A model generated the notes under the pieces. That model searched no databases and had not been told where the DNA came from. It worked only from the letters and a program-made list of their open reading frames with translations. 34,520 nucleotides of DNA from positions 1-34,520 of IMG/VR virus record IMGVR_UViG_3300026505_000008; one strand, written 5' to 3'. The translations under genes were made by a program, and so were the position numbers. This stretch comes from a virus. Its lineage: Duplodnaviria > Caudoviricetes. Positions 1 to 8,923 of the stretch are shown here, piece after piece (position 1 is the first letter of the stretch; the number at the start of each line of letters is the position of its first letter).

Positions 1-222
1 GCAACAATCGAACCATTCGGCATCGTTGACTATCAGGCCCAAGATGAAGATTTCGGCAATCTTCGCGTCCGGCTGGCGACCTCGAGTGACGAACTCAAAG
101 ATATGCGCATCTTCCCAAACAAGTTACAGCATAACATCTACTTCATCTTTCAGCCCGACCTAGATAAACCTTACACAAAAATCAAACTGCTGACCGAAAA
201 GCCGAAGCCGGACTGCGGCTAG
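1..222 (+). CDS. 3' end of a hypothetical protein (partial, 73 codons visible), GC-rich
   Basis: Frame 1 is open from base 1 to TAG at 220-222 (ATIEPFGIVDYQAQDEDFGNLRVRL...KPKPDCG*). Positions 1-240 count as 120/240 GC, against about 25% in the following gene. Confidence 0.55.
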   Translation, partial: ATIEPFGIVDYQAQDEDFGNLRVRLATSSDELKDMRIFPNKLQHNIYFIFQPDLDKPYTKIKLLTEKPKPDCG

Positions 223-287
223 CCGTAGTGATGCCGGTGGTCGACTTTTGGCATTTATTAACTTCTTAGATAAATATATATATAACC

Positions 288-761
288 ATGCCTATTAAAC
301 TAAACATTTTAGAACCTGTTAGGGATCAAAGAGAAGATATTATTTATAAAGATATTGATTTAAATGTTAACGTAGGTATAGTTAGAGGTGATAATGCTGC
401 AAGTCCAGAAAATTTAAAAGATTTAAATACATCAGTAAATTTTGAAGCAATTAAAAATTCATTAATAAATTTAATTACTACATTCCCTGGTCAAAAAATA
501 TTAAATCCAGAATTTGGTATGAATTTTGGTGATCTTCTTTTCTTACCGGTATCTAAAGCAAGAGCTACAGTTATCGGTGAAACGATAAACAATACATTTG
601 TAGGTTTTGAGCCAAGAATACAAATTACATTTATTGAAGTTGTTGCTGATATCGAAAACCAAGAATACGAATTAAACATTGAAATTAATATACCAGAGTT
701 TAACAATAACCCTCTCAACTTAAAAGGTCGTTTGAACAAATCTGGTTTTTATAGTTATTAA
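288..761 (+). CDS. gp25: Baseplate wedge protein gp25-like (GPW/gp25 family)
   Basis: Motifs AIKNSLINLITTFPGQKILNPEFG and FEPRI; directly upstream of gp6. Confidence 0.9.
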   Translation: MPIKLNILEPVRDQREDIIYKDIDLNVNVGIVRGDNAASPENLKDLNTSVNFEAIKNSLINLITTFPGQKILNPEFGMNFGDLLFLPVSKARATVIGETINNTFVGFEPRIQITFIEVVADIENQEYELNIEINIPEFNNNPLNLKGRLNKSGFYSY

Positions 762-773
762 TTAAATATAATT

Positions 774-2600
774 ATGGCATTAAAAAATTTAACCGATTTT
801 ACTTTATCAAGGGACGGATACGCTGCTTTTGATGCAAAATCACTGAAAGAATTAATTCAAACAAGACTTAACCAGGGAGGTATATATACTGACCAGTCAT
901 TTGAGGGTAGTAATATGTCATCTATTATTGACGTTATTGCATATAGCTACCACTTGTTACTTTTTTATCTAAACCAGACTTCAGCTGAAACTACATTTAC
1001 CGATACTAGCATATATGAAAATATGAATAGAATCGTTAAGTTGATTGATTATAAACCAAAAGGTTTTCAAACATCATTACTTTCTTTTGATATGACTGCG
1101 AGCAGTGAATTGCCAGTAGATGCATATACAATTAAAAGGTATAGTTATTTTGTTGCTGGTGGAGTTTATTACTCATTTATAAATGATAGTACTTTTAATA
1201 AGACAGTTGCGGGTGATCAAGCATTGCAAAATTTTTCTAGTGAAAATATTTTAAGAGAAGGTCAGTATATTGAATACCCACAGGTATTTGCATTAGGAGA
1301 AGATTTTGAATCTGTACCATTAGCTGTAAGAAGCAGTGATGATAATGTTGAAATAAACATTGATAGTGATTCAATTGACGTTTATATTCAAGATGTTAAT
1401 ACCGGTAAGGTAGTAGAATTTACTGAAACTTCTAGTTTATTTTTAGAAGGTCCAGACTCTACAGTTTATGAAAAAAGATTGAATGAAAACGGTGTTTATG
1501 AATTTAAATTCGGTAATGGTGTTTTCGGTAAAAAATTAAATGAAGGTGATAGTATTTTAATATACTATATTCAAAGCTCGGGTAATATTGGGGTTATTTC
1601 ACCTGGTGTTTTAGATGGTAATAATATAAATTTTTATACTACACCAAGATTTACACAAATTAGTAATGACATTTACAATAATACTTTTAATTTTATTACA
1701 GTTAATCAGATACCTTTTTTAAGTTTTTCAAATACATTACAATCGACTGACCCTGTAGAAAAGGAAGACGTTGAAAGTATTAGAAATAATGCTTCAAAAA
1801 ACTTTCAACTTCAAAATAGAATTATTACGCTAAAAGATTATAATAATTTTCTTGAAACTAATTTTTCCCAAATCCTTAAATCCTTCAATGTTGTTAATAA
1901 TGATGATTACGTTGATAGTTATTTAAATTATTTCTTGAATATCGGTTTAAATAAACCAAATGACGATGGTAGGGTTTTATTTAACCAAGTTAATTTCAAT
2001 TCTATCAATCAAGCAAATAATGTTTATTTATTTTTAGTATCGAAATTTAACAATGTTGATGTTAATGATAATCTTAATTATGTATCGACATCTCAAAAAT
2101 CATCTATAGTTAATTCTTTTCAAGATCAGCAACAGGCTAATGTAAATATTGTACCTGTTGACCCTGTTTATACATCATTCAGTTTAGGTGTAAGAACCGG
2201 TGAACCATCAGAAACAATTACTAAAGATATATCTGAAGAATCATTTTTAGTAATAAAAAGAGATGTTTTAAGTAATACTAGTACCCAAGCTTTAAAAGAA
2301 AGAATTAATAATATATTTGTAAATTATTTCGAAGCTTTAAACCTCGGTGATTTGGTAAGTTTAAAAGAATTAAGTAATCAAATTTTTAGTGTTGGAGGTG
2401 TTGATGATATCCGTACAAGGAGAATCACTAATAAAGTAACAGTTAATGAAGTCGAAGGTATTAATCTAATTGTATATAACCCTATATACCCACAGAATGA
2501 TATAGAATTAATTTCAAGTGATTTATTATTACCATTTTTTAAATACCCGTATTTAAAAGGTAAATCAATATTATCTAATATTATTATAGAGAATTCATAA
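774..2600 (+). CDS. gp6: Baseplate wedge subunit gp6-like
   Basis: Motifs FEGSNMSSIIDVIAY, YEFKFGNGVFGKKL, EDVESIRNNA and QNRIITLKDY are typical of T4 gp6 / baseplate J-like proteins. Confidence 0.9.
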   Translation: MALKNLTDFTLSRDGYAAFDAKSLKELIQTRLNQGGIYTDQSFEGSNMSSIIDVIAYSYHLLLFYLNQTSAETTFTDTSIYENMNRIVKLIDYKPKGFQTSLLSFDMTASSELPVDAYTIKRYSYFVAGGVYYSFINDSTFNKTVAGDQALQNFSSENILREGQYIEYPQVFALGEDFESVPLAVRSSDDNVEINIDSDSIDVYIQDVNTGKVVEFTETSSLFLEGPDSTVYEKRLNENGVYEFKFGNGVFGKKLNEGDSILIYYIQSSGNIGVISPGVLDGNNINFYTTPRFTQISNDIYNNTFNFITVNQIPFLSFSNTLQSTDPVEKEDVESIRNNASKNFQLQNRIITLKDYNNFLETNFSQILKSFNVVNNDDYVDSYLNYFLNIGLNKPNDDGRVLFNQVNFNSINQANNVYLFLVSKFNNVDVNDNLNYVSTSQKSSIVNSFQDQQQANVNIVPVDPVYTSFSLGVRTGEPSETITKDISEESFLVIKRDVLSNTSTQALKERINNIFVNYFEALNLGDLVSLKELSNQIFSVGGVDDIRTRRITNKVTVNEVEGINLIVYNPIYPQNDIELISSDLLLPFFKYPYLKGKSILSNIIIENS

Positions 2601-2601
2601 T

Positions 2602-3375
2602 ATGTCGTACAGTTTCAATAAAGACTACAGCGCATTATCAGGTATTGCAGTACCTTTGGATATATATGATAGAAATTTCAATCTAGCTTTATCTAATACA
2701 TCATCTACCTCTATCACAGGTAATTGTATTTATTCAGGTAAATTAGGAGGAATTTATGCTGTACCAAATTTTTTAACTGCTGATCCTACTATTTCTGATA
2801 CTGACTTTTTTATAGACTTTGGCGACGGTACTATAGTTGAAAATGATTTATCTGCATTTCATGAATATAAAACATCCGGTAATTTCCCCATAACGCTAGT
2901 TGTAACTTCGAGCGCTGGTTATCTTTTTAAGTCGCAAGATAATTACATGCTAAATGTAAAAGACCCGGTACCTGATAAAATTTTTATATCTCAAGATAAT
3001 ACTCAACAAAATGAAAGTGAAGGCACGGTAAAATTTTTTATTACTAGATTTAACACATTAAACACATCTAGAGCATTATCTGCTAATAATTATAAAATAG
3101 ATTTAAGTGTTAAAGGTAATATTTCACCCCTACAATTAGAAAGTGAGTATTTAAATAGTAAGGACTTTCAATACAAAAATAGAAGTTTTTTCTTTACTTC
3201 ACCTGATTCAAATTTCAAAGTAATAGATGGTGTAGAAACCAGTAGTGATTTTATTTACGGTAAACTTATATCAGGTCAATTGCAGGTATCGACTACTTCT
3301 GCTGCTGATACATTTCTTTTAGGTACATCTGGGTTTGGAACATTTCATTATTACGAACCAAGTTTTTTTTTCTAG
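2602..3375 (+). CDS. PKD-domain virion structural protein (possibly extended by a -1 frameshift)
   Basis: IDFGDGTIVENDLSAFHEYKTSGNFPITLVV is a PKD signature. The ORF ends SFFF* on a T9 run. Confidence 0.75.
   Translation: MSYSFNKDYSALSGIAVPLDIYDRNFNLALSNTSSTSITGNCIYSGKLGGIYAVPNFLTADPTISDTDFFIDFGDGTIVENDLSAFHEYKTSGNFPITLVVTSSAGYLFKSQDNYMLNVKDPVPDKIFISQDNTQQNESEGTVKFFITRFNTLNTSRALSANNYKIDLSVKGNISPLQLESEYLNSKDFQYKNRSFFFTSPDSNFKVIDGVETSSDFIYGKLISGQLQVSTTSAADTFLLGTSGFGTFHYYEPSFFF
3363..3372 (+). other. Slippery homopolymer T9C (T TTT TTC) immediately before TAG
   Basis: Sequence is agt ttt ttt ttc tag. The -1 frame is open from 3309 and continues into ORF 3441..4220. Confidence 0.55.
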
Positions 3376-3440
3376 AACCCTTTTTTAGTCTATCAGGAAA
3401 TAAAAGAGAAGTTAATGAAGGTGGTTCTGCTGTAATTAGT

Positions 3441-4220
3441 TTGGATACGCAAAATGTTGAAGATGGTACAATCATACCATATACCATTACAGGGGTTGAT
3501 GAGTTAGATATTGAAGAAAGTTTAACAGGTCATTTCACTATAAATGATAATACATCGTTTATAACTTTAAATATAGCAGAAGATTTACATACTGAAGGTG
3601 ATGAATTATTAACCTTGACCCTCGATAATGGTAGAAGTAGTTATAATCTATTAATAAGAGATACTTCACAGTCCCTAGTATTATCATATGCATCAACTTT
3701 AGATAATTTTTCCCTTAGTGGTGTAATAACTACAGGTTCATCAACAACATATGCATCAACTTTAAATAACTTTTCTATTGCTGGATTAGGGCCTCCTATG
3801 CCTACTACTCAATTATATGCATCAACTTTAGATAACAGTACTATTGCACCAGAAGATATCGTTAAAAAATATGCATTTACTTTAGATAACAGTACTATTG
3901 CACCAGATATCGTTGAAAAATATGCATCAACTTTAGATAACAGTACTATTGCACCAGAAGATATCGTTAAAAAATATGCATTTACTTTAGATAACAGTAC
4001 TATTGCACCAGAAGATATCGTTAAAAAATATGCATTTACTTTAGATAACAGTACTTTAGCACCACCGGTGGCAGTGAAATATGCATTTACTTTAGATAAT
4101 AGTACTTTAGTACCAGATATCGTTAAAAAATATGCATTTACTTTAGATAACAGTACTATTGCACCAGATATCGTTGAAAAATATGCATCAACTTTAGATA
4201 ACAGTACTATTGCACCTTAA
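3441..4220 (+). CDS. Calx-beta/Ig-like domain plus C-terminal tandem peptide repeats; probably the C-terminal half of a frameshift fusion with 2602..3375
   Basis: The domain starts upstream of the called TTG: FSLSGNKREVNEGGSAVISLDTQNVEDGTIIPYTITGV...TEGDELLTLTLDNG. There is no ATG in that upstream stretch. Confidence 0.7.
   Translation: MDTQNVEDGTIIPYTITGVDELDIEESLTGHFTINDNTSFITLNIAEDLHTEGDELLTLTLDNGRSSYNLLIRDTSQSLVLSYASTLDNFSLSGVITTGSSTTYASTLNNFSIAGLGPPMPTTQLYASTLDNSTIAPEDIVKKYAFTLDNSTIAPDIVEKYASTLDNSTIAPEDIVKKYAFTLDNSTIAPEDIVKKYAFTLDNSTLAPPVAVKYAFTLDNSTLVPDIVKKYAFTLDNSTIAPDIVEKYASTLDNSTIAP
3687..4217 (+). repeat. In-frame tandem repeat: 10 copies of YA(S/F)TL(D/N)N, of which 8 are near-identical 51/54-nt units
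   Basis: Units start at 3687, 3750, 3816, 3870, 3921, 3975, 4029, 4080, 4131 and 4182. Core: tatgcat(ca/tt)actttagataacagtact. Confidence 0.95.
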
Positions 4221-4247
4221 ATTAATTGTAATTTATTAAATAATATT

Positions 4248-5333
4248 ATGATTGCTCTAACTAAAAGTGGATATAAAAAATTTATCGAAGGTACTCTACA
4301 TATATCAACTGATGTAAAAGTTGCTGTGCTAGCGACAGGAATAACTAATAATACGTTTACAACATCTAACGTAAATACGTATCGTTCTTCTGCTAATACA
4401 AATTTACCTGAATACTCGATTGATGATTTTTCGTTAAATTATATACCATATTCTAACGAACTGTTAGTTAGAGGGCAGGTAAATATTGATACCATGGACT
4501 TTGTTGCAGGTGGTGATACACCTATTGGCAAGCAAGCAGCAGTAATAGATACTACTGATAACGATGACGTTATAGGTATGATTTTTCTTTACCAGGATGC
4601 TGATCCCATCACATATTCAGCATTAAATTCAGCCCCTGTTAATATTGATTATAGAGTTGGGGGAATGTCAAAACTTCAATTTAAAAATCGGTATAATCAA
4701 GTCGCAGCCCGTTATAAGATACTTGGAGGGTCAACTTCTACTAACTATGCTGACACCTTCCCACAAAGTTTTACAAAATTACCAATTTTCGACAGTACTG
4801 TTACATCTAATATGTTAACTGATTTAAAAATAGCATTATTATCTTCTACTACTGGTGATACTTCTACTGTTTTTCGACAACAAATGTTTAATGATAGTAA
4901 AACATTGTCATCATTAGATAGTATGGATAGTTCGAGCAGTTACCATTATGTTAGTGGTGGATATACATTCAGAAATCTAGGTATAGGTTCAACGTATGCT
5001 TGTTTAACTGCTACTGATTCAACTATCTATATTCCCGGGTTAACAGAAAATAACTCTCGATTTTTTGCAGTTGTATATTTTGAAGATACAAGCATGGCTG
5101 GTAATGATGTTATGTCAGATGTATATAAACAAAATTCATATATATTGAGTACAATACAAAACCTAGACGTGACCGATATTAGATTTCCTTTTAAGCAGTC
5201 TGTTATTATTGATGCATTTTTTCTAAATGGAGTTGTTGACGACAACAGAGAACAGAGTGGTACCCTAGCACTCAATAATGTAGTAGGACCAGGGTTTACT
5301 AATAGTAATTTAAATGATGATTTTACTACTTAA
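4248..5333 (+). CDS. Putative tail/virion protein with two internally similar domains
   Basis: TDVKVAVLATG and TDLKIALLSST...YVSGGYT; TAAATA late-type motif just upstream. Confidence 0.55.
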   Translation: MIALTKSGYKKFIEGTLHISTDVKVAVLATGITNNTFTTSNVNTYRSSANTNLPEYSIDDFSLNYIPYSNELLVRGQVNIDTMDFVAGGDTPIGKQAAVIDTTDNDDVIGMIFLYQDADPITYSALNSAPVNIDYRVGGMSKLQFKNRYNQVAARYKILGGSTSTNYADTFPQSFTKLPIFDSTVTSNMLTDLKIALLSSTTGDTSTVFRQQMFNDSKTLSSLDSMDSSSSYHYVSGGYTFRNLGIGSTYACLTATDSTIYIPGLTENNSRFFAVVYFEDTSMAGNDVMSDVYKQNSYILSTIQNLDVTDIRFPFKQSVIIDAFFLNGVVDDNREQSGTLALNNVVGPGFTNSNLNDDFTT

Positions 5334-5339
5334 AAAATG

Positions 5340-6092
5340 CTATAATTTTTTAAGTTCTTTTACCTCTTTACCTAATCTCTTTACCTCTTCAATTAATACA
5401 GGTATTAGACCGATATAGTCCACTGAAAGATAACCGTCATTAGTTTCATGAACTAAAGTCTTATCTATTTTATAAAGATCCTGTGCAATAATACCTTTTC
5501 CTTTACCTGATCTTTTTGATCTTTCATTCCAATCAAACTCATAACCGGTTAAACTATTAATATAATTAGTAGATTCAATAGGTAATAAATTATCCTTTAA
5601 TCGATTATCAGATGTACTGAATGCTATAATATCCTCTGTAGATCTAATAGTACCGGTTACAGTTAAATCTCCGTTTATACTGGTATCACCGGTAATATTA
5701 GTATCCGCTAAATTTGAAATCCCAGCAACGTTAATGGTATTATTAAAACTTATTGCACCGTTAAATACACCTGTACCATTCAATCGAAAATTAGTCCCGG
5801 TCAACCCTCCAGTTATTGTATCACCGGTAACATTTAAATTATTATCTACCGTAGCACTACCTTTAACACAAATATTATTATTTGTTGTTATATCACTACA
5901 AACTAACAATGCTGTACCGACTGTTAATGAACTATCGAATGAAGATGCATTTGATGTTGTACCTAAACTTAATGCAGTGTTATTACCTAAACCATCTGTT
6001 ATTCTATTAGATGTAGATAGAGAATTATTATCAAAAGTTTTTAGTAACCCTTCATACGTTTCATTAATATTTTTTCCTAATAAACTAGCCAT
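5340..6092 (-). CDS. Short tail fibre with C-terminal intramolecular chaperone (peptidase S74) domain
   Basis: SDNRLKDNL...GYEFDWNE...GIIAQDL...LSVDYIGLIPVLIEEVK; beta-repeat shaft. Confidence 0.85.
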   Translation of the reverse strand: MASLLGKNINETYEGLLKTFDNNSLSTSNRITDGLGNNTALSLGTTSNASSFDSSLTVGTALLVCSDITTNNNICVKGSATVDNNLNVTGDTITGGLTGTNFRLNGTGVFNGAISFNNTINVAGISNLADTNITGDTSINGDLTVTGTIRSTEDIIAFSTSDNRLKDNLLPIESTNYINSLTGYEFDWNERSKRSGKGKGIIAQDLYKIDKTLVHETNDGYLSVDYIGLIPVLIEEVKRLGKEVKELKKL

Positions 6093-6934
6093 TATTTACC
6101 TTCCAATGTTTTAATTCTATTATTTAAACTTTTAACTTCTTCAATTAGGTATGGTATCAATTTTAAATAATCTACCGATAAATAACCATCTTCATTTTCT
6201 CTAACCGCTGATGGTATTAATTCTTTAACTTCTTGTGCTATAACACCAACACCTTCACCTGTTTTACCAGACTTTTCATCCCAATCATATGTATAACCAT
6301 TTAAACTATTAATAATATTATTCGAATCATCAATTTTAATAATATTGTTTTTTAACCTTTTATCAGAAGTAAAGAACGCTGTTATATCACCGGTCGCGTT
6401 AATAGTACCATTAACATTTAAACTACCATAAACACTTGTATTACTACAAATTGTCGCACCTCCTTTAAGAGTGCTTGTACCTTCAACTGTTATATTACCA
6501 CAAACGTTAGCATTAGAATTAAATGTAGCTGGGCATGTAAAATTTGCAATATGTAAATTTGTCACACCACAAATTGTATTAATACCAGATTCTGCAATTA
6601 CAGTAAGCTGATCTTCTATATACACACCACCATTACATACTTCAAGCAATTTACCATTTGTAAAATTACCATCTTGACCATCAATTATTGTAGGGCCGGT
6701 TATTTTCGCTCCAGCATTTTGTATACCGATTCCTAATGAAGATGCCTGGCCATTACCATCAGTTAAAAGTGCAAGTGCATTTGGACAACTAGTTCTATTA
6801 GGGTTGCTAATTACCGCAGGCTGGTTTCTATCACCACCAATTGTAAACGGTAAGATATCATTATCTGCTATTTTTATTAAAGCAGGGTAAGTAAATGCTA
6901 TAATTTCGCCACCTAATCCAGTTATACTAGCCAT
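6092..6934 (-). CDS. Short tail fibre with C-terminal peptidase S74 chaperone domain (paralog of 5340..6092)
   Basis: SDKRLKNNI...GYTYDWDE...GVIAQEV...LSVDYLKLIPYLIEEVK; TAATG overlap with the next gene. Confidence 0.85.
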   Translation of the reverse strand: MASITGLGGEIIAFTYPALIKIADNDILPFTIGGDRNQPAVISNPNRTSCPNALALLTDGNGQASSLGIGIQNAGAKITGPTIIDGQDGNFTNGKLLEVCNGGVYIEDQLTVIAESGINTICGVTNLHIANFTCPATFNSNANVCGNITVEGTSTLKGGATICSNTSVYGSLNVNGTINATGDITAFFTSDKRLKNNIIKIDDSNNIINSLNGYTYDWDEKSGKTGEGVGVIAQEVKELIPSAVRENEDGYLSVDYLKLIPYLIEEVKSLNNRIKTLEGK

Positions 6935-6939
6935 ATATA

Positions 6940-8916
6940 TTATTTATCTAATATAACTGTCTTAGAAGGTGGTATTCTTTCACCTCTTCTAATTGTTTTA
7001 ATTACATCTATTAATTTATTTTGGTAATTAAAAATATTTATCAATACTCTATTTAACGTGTTACCGTTTAACGTTTCATTAATACCAATAAAATACTGCT
7101 TCTGATCAGTTAAATTTAAACCTTCTTTATCATCGTAACTCATTTCTATAAAGTCTTTGAATCTCAAATAACCTTCTGTAACCGTACCTACAGTATCAAA
7201 CTCTGCTAATATTTGTTTATTTAAATTTGAGCTTAGAAGATTTAAATTATATAAGTGTCTATATAATGTAGAATTTAACGAAATATTATTAAAAAATTCA
7301 TCATTTATAAAAATTTCACTCTTTTTATAGAAATTAGGTGTTTTTGTATTCAATAAAGAAACAGTATCATTATTTTCTTGGAAACTCATTATTCTCCTAT
7401 TAGTCCATAGCAATAATTTATCTTTATTTTCTACATTACTACCAATGATATTTAGACCACCTGGAGGTAATGTAAAAATATCAAAATCTGGTAAATCATC
7501 CCATTCAACTTTATATGCAGAAAATTTATCAAAAACAGTATTCCATAAACTAACGGAATCAAAAGTTACATCTATTGTAAATCTTTCTATTAATTCACTT
7601 TGTGAATTTACAAAATATTTGTATATATTTTTATTTGTTTGTAGATAATAGATATTACTATCGTTTTCAGAAAAAACTATCTTTCTCGGTTCTTCAAAAG
7701 CTTGTATTAATGGTATTTGAAATTCAAAAGGATTTTTTGTAAATGTATATCTATCCACCTCATTAAAATTATTAGCATCTAAAACGATTACAATAAATGT
7801 TTTAGTTAAAACATATAACAAGTCAAAGGTATTATTATATGTCATACTAATAAATTCATTTTCTGTGAAAAAATTAGTATTAGCATATTTTATTTTAAAC
7901 ACAAATTCATCACTAAACTTTTTAATAGTGTTATCGATTTCATCAAAAACGAAAATATTTCTATTACCATATTCTATGTATGAATTACCGTTAAAGTTAG
8001 TATCTGAATTACCTTCACCGCCGATCGTATCTAATAATTTAATTTTTCGAACACCAGTTCTATCTTTATTAACAATAGTCTTAATATCAGTTTTTAATAC
8101 TTGTTGTCTATCTCTATCATTAATATATAAAACATTATTATTTTTATCTGCAGCAATACTTGTTATATTTAAAAATTTAAGTTGTTCATCAAGCCCTAAA
8201 CCATCAGCACTTAAAACAAGATCAAATTTTGTATTATTTCTGTCAAGTTGATATGTAAATAAATATGAACTTGTACTAATAAATAAACTATACTCATCTG
8301 CAGATTTAGTGCTTTCTATCGTAACGGTATTTAAATTATCTGTATATTCTAATTGCTTATTATAACCTGATAAAGATACTAAACTAGGATCGAGACTTCC
8401 AGATATAAATCTAACATTTGATTCTACCCATTCCCATTGTGTACCGTTAACGGTACTTGATAATATAGCATATCCGTCAAATGTATCTGGTACTAAAGGA
8501 TCTTTGATATTGTTAAATCTATAAAGATCGATAAAATTTTCATATAAAAGATTTAACTTAAAATTAATCGAATTTTTATTTATAATTTCATTAGGTTTAA
8601 AAATTATATCATCCAATGTATATGATGGGTTCAATGGGTTAAAGATAGATCTATCAAAAAACTTCGTCGAATTTATTATATCTGTGTTAATATTCTCAAC
8701 TATTGATAATTCATCTTGTTGTAAATCTTTTGTTTTATAAAAAATGCCATCCTTAGAATTAAAGTAACCGGTGTAATATACACCATCGAATGCAAAGTCT
8801 CCGAGGTCTGCAAAACCTATTTTTTTCGACGCAGTAATTTGTTTATATTCATCACTTGACTGATTGATTAAATCTTGACCTATATAAAAATTTGTTGATA
8901 TTTCATTAACTGACAT
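6940..8916 (-). CDS. Virion protein with probable beta-propeller (NHL-like) region
   Basis: FLNITSIAADKNNNVLYINDRDRQQV, NIFVFDEIDNTIKKF and ISMTYNNTFDLLYVLT resemble propeller blades; lies in the baseplate module. Confidence 0.6.
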   Translation of the reverse strand: MSVNEISTNFYIGQDLINQSSDEYKQITASKKIGFADLGDFAFDGVYYTGYFNSKDGIFYKTKDLQQDELSIVENINTDIINSTKFFDRSIFNPLNPSYTLDDIIFKPNEIINKNSINFKLNLLYENFIDLYRFNNIKDPLVPDTFDGYAILSSTVNGTQWEWVESNVRFISGSLDPSLVSLSGYNKQLEYTDNLNTVTIESTKSADEYSLFISTSSYLFTYQLDRNNTKFDLVLSADGLGLDEQLKFLNITSIAADKNNNVLYINDRDRQQVLKTDIKTIVNKDRTGVRKIKLLDTIGGEGNSDTNFNGNSYIEYGNRNIFVFDEIDNTIKKFSDEFVFKIKYANTNFFTENEFISMTYNNTFDLLYVLTKTFIVIVLDANNFNEVDRYTFTKNPFEFQIPLIQAFEEPRKIVFSENDSNIYYLQTNKNIYKYFVNSQSELIERFTIDVTFDSVSLWNTVFDKFSAYKVEWDDLPDFDIFTLPPGGLNIIGSNVENKDKLLLWTNRRIMSFQENNDTVSLLNTKTPNFYKKSEIFINDEFFNNISLNSTLYRHLYNLNLLSSNLNKQILAEFDTVGTVTEGYLRFKDFIEMSYDDKEGLNLTDQKQYFIGINETLNGNTLNRVLINIFNYQNKLIDVIKTIRRGERIPPSKTVILDK

Positions 8917-8923
8917 AATATTT

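Noticed and set aside
3373-3375. TAG stop-codon reassignment as an explanation for the split gene
   Set aside because: The continuation is in a different frame, the long ORFs are intact under code 11, and TAG correctly ends queF and gp22.
3687-4217. Possible CRISPR array or DGR template/variable repeat
   Set aside because: All units are multiples of 3 and in frame, the inter-core segments are repeated rather than unique, the differences are not adenine-specific, and there is no cas or reverse transcriptase gene in the window.
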